Assembly: GCA_016926735.1 (NCBI GenBank)
Contig: JAFGOA010000197.1
Location: 1 to 31,063 of the forward strand
Direction: 5' to 3'
DNA: 31,063 bases
From: Promethearchaeota archaeon
GTDB taxonomy: Archaea; Asgardarchaeota; Lokiarchaeia; Sigyniarchaeales; SOKP01
Below the pieces are notes generated by a model. It had not been told where the DNA came from. It did no database searches and saw nothing but the letters and a program-made list of their open reading frames with translations. How positions within the stretch are numbered: position 1 is the first letter of the stretch; each line of letters opens with the position of its first letter. The position numbers and the translations under genes are program-made. Below, piece by piece: positions 30,203 to 31,063 of the stretch.

Positions 30203-30718
30203 GTGAAAATGGCAACTATAGATTTTGGATTTAGAAATCAAATAATACAATTAGATATAGGGACTACATTAACTTATTGTTACCAATGTGCTACTTGTTC
30301 TGGTGCTTGTCCTGTATCACAAGTAACTAATGGTCGCTATAATCCAAGAAGGTTAATTTTAAAATCTTTATTGGGATTAAAAGAAAATATCTTCGGTAAG
30401 AAAAATTCATTCGAAATATGGGGATGTACTGTTTGTGATACATGTGATGAAGTTTGTCCCCAAAAGGTTGAGCTAACTGAAATTTTTACAATTCTTAAAA
30501 ATCTAAGTGTAGAACGAGGAGAAGCTCCTGAACATTATACATCCCAAGCTAGTGTAATATTAGAGAATGGAAAAGCAATTCCTATGCAAACTGCAATAGA
30601 AAGAAGACGTTCTCAATTAGGATTACCACAAATTCTCTCTCCAGATATTAAAGAAATTAAGAAATTATTAAATCTAACTAATTTAAAGAGTAAAATTCCT
30701 GAAAAAAAAACAGAATAA
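30203..30718 (+). CDS. hdrC: Heterodisulfide reductase subunit C-like 2x[4Fe-4S] protein
   Basis: CYQCATCSGACP, YNPRR, WGCTVCDTCDEVCPQKV, RRSQLGLP; start at GTG 30203 or ATG 30209. Confidence 0.88.
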   Translation: MKMATIDFGFRNQIIQLDIGTTLTYCYQCATCSGACPVSQVTNGRYNPRRLILKSLLGLKENIFGKKNSFEIWGCTVCDTCDEVCPQKVELTEIFTILKNLSVERGEAPEHYTSQASVILENGKAIPMQTAIERRRSQLGLPQILSPDIKEIKKLLNLTNLKSKIPEKKTE

Positions 30719-30787
30719 TTATTAACCTCTCGTTTATTCCTATGGAATTTTTTTTTAAGGGATAATATTACTAAAACTAGTTTTTAG

Positions 30788-31063
30788 GTGAACTACCACG
30801 TAAATGACGTGGCTTCCTACGAGTGCACAATCGCTTCTACTACGGATTGGTCTGTATATCGTAGAAAACCCTTCCATTGGTCTTGGAAGGATTCCTCGTT
30901 CACAGAGGATTGATGCGATAGGAAATCATACTTCTTTTCTTTTTTACATAATAGAAATTTAATCATAATATTGATTGCTGAGTTGAGATCTCGATCAATA
31001 TAATTTCCACAAGCGCACATAATAACGCGTTCATGAATAGAACGTTTCTTTTTTCTTCCACAT
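30788..31063 (-). mobile_element. Right end of an IS200/IS605-family element
   Basis: Minus-strand end GAAGCCACGTCATTTACGTGGTAGTTCAC: subterminal hairpin and TCAC terminus directly after the tnpB stop. Confidence 0.85.
30817..31063 (-). CDS. tnpB: TnpB (IS200/IS605 RNA-guided nuclease), C-terminal part; the ORF runs off the window edge
   Basis: Frame is open to the edge: CGRKKKRSIHERVIMCACGNYIDRDLNSAINI (zinc ribbon plus RuvC-III motif). Confidence 0.88.
   Translation of the reverse strand, partial: CGRKKKRSIHERVIMCACGNYIDRDLNSAINIMIKFLLCKKEKKYDFLSHQSSVNEESFQDQWKGFLRYTDQSVVEAIVHS

Noticed and set aside
1-31063. CRISPR array or rRNA genes
   Set aside because: No regularly spaced repeats or long GC-rich structural RNA seen

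Overview
Very AT-rich archaeal chromosomal DNA. The gene content points to an Asgard archaeon (Lokiarchaeia-like): OSTC/DC2, ribophorin I, Sec61beta, roadblock, V4R/Bet3-like proteins, an Rpc34/TFEbeta-like factor, HdrC and an archaeal tRNA-Gln. Most of the window is housekeeping (RNA modification, N-glycosylation/translocon, recombinase paralogues, redox). The standout is a thioredoxin gene (29581-29966, minus strand) that the ORF track only half sees. It is split at its WCGPC active site by a 32-nt insert that folds into a canonical bulge-helix-bulge (BHB) motif, and cutting at the standard BHB positions restores the reading frame exactly. This looks like a tRNA-endonuclease-type intron in an mRNA other than cbf5. 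Also present are the 3' end of an IS200/IS605 tnpB element at the right edge, a ~290-bp internally deleted relative of it at 6386-6671, and an unexplained GC-elevated, structured intergenic segment at ~645-830. All protein calls come from motif recognition by eye; no database search was run.
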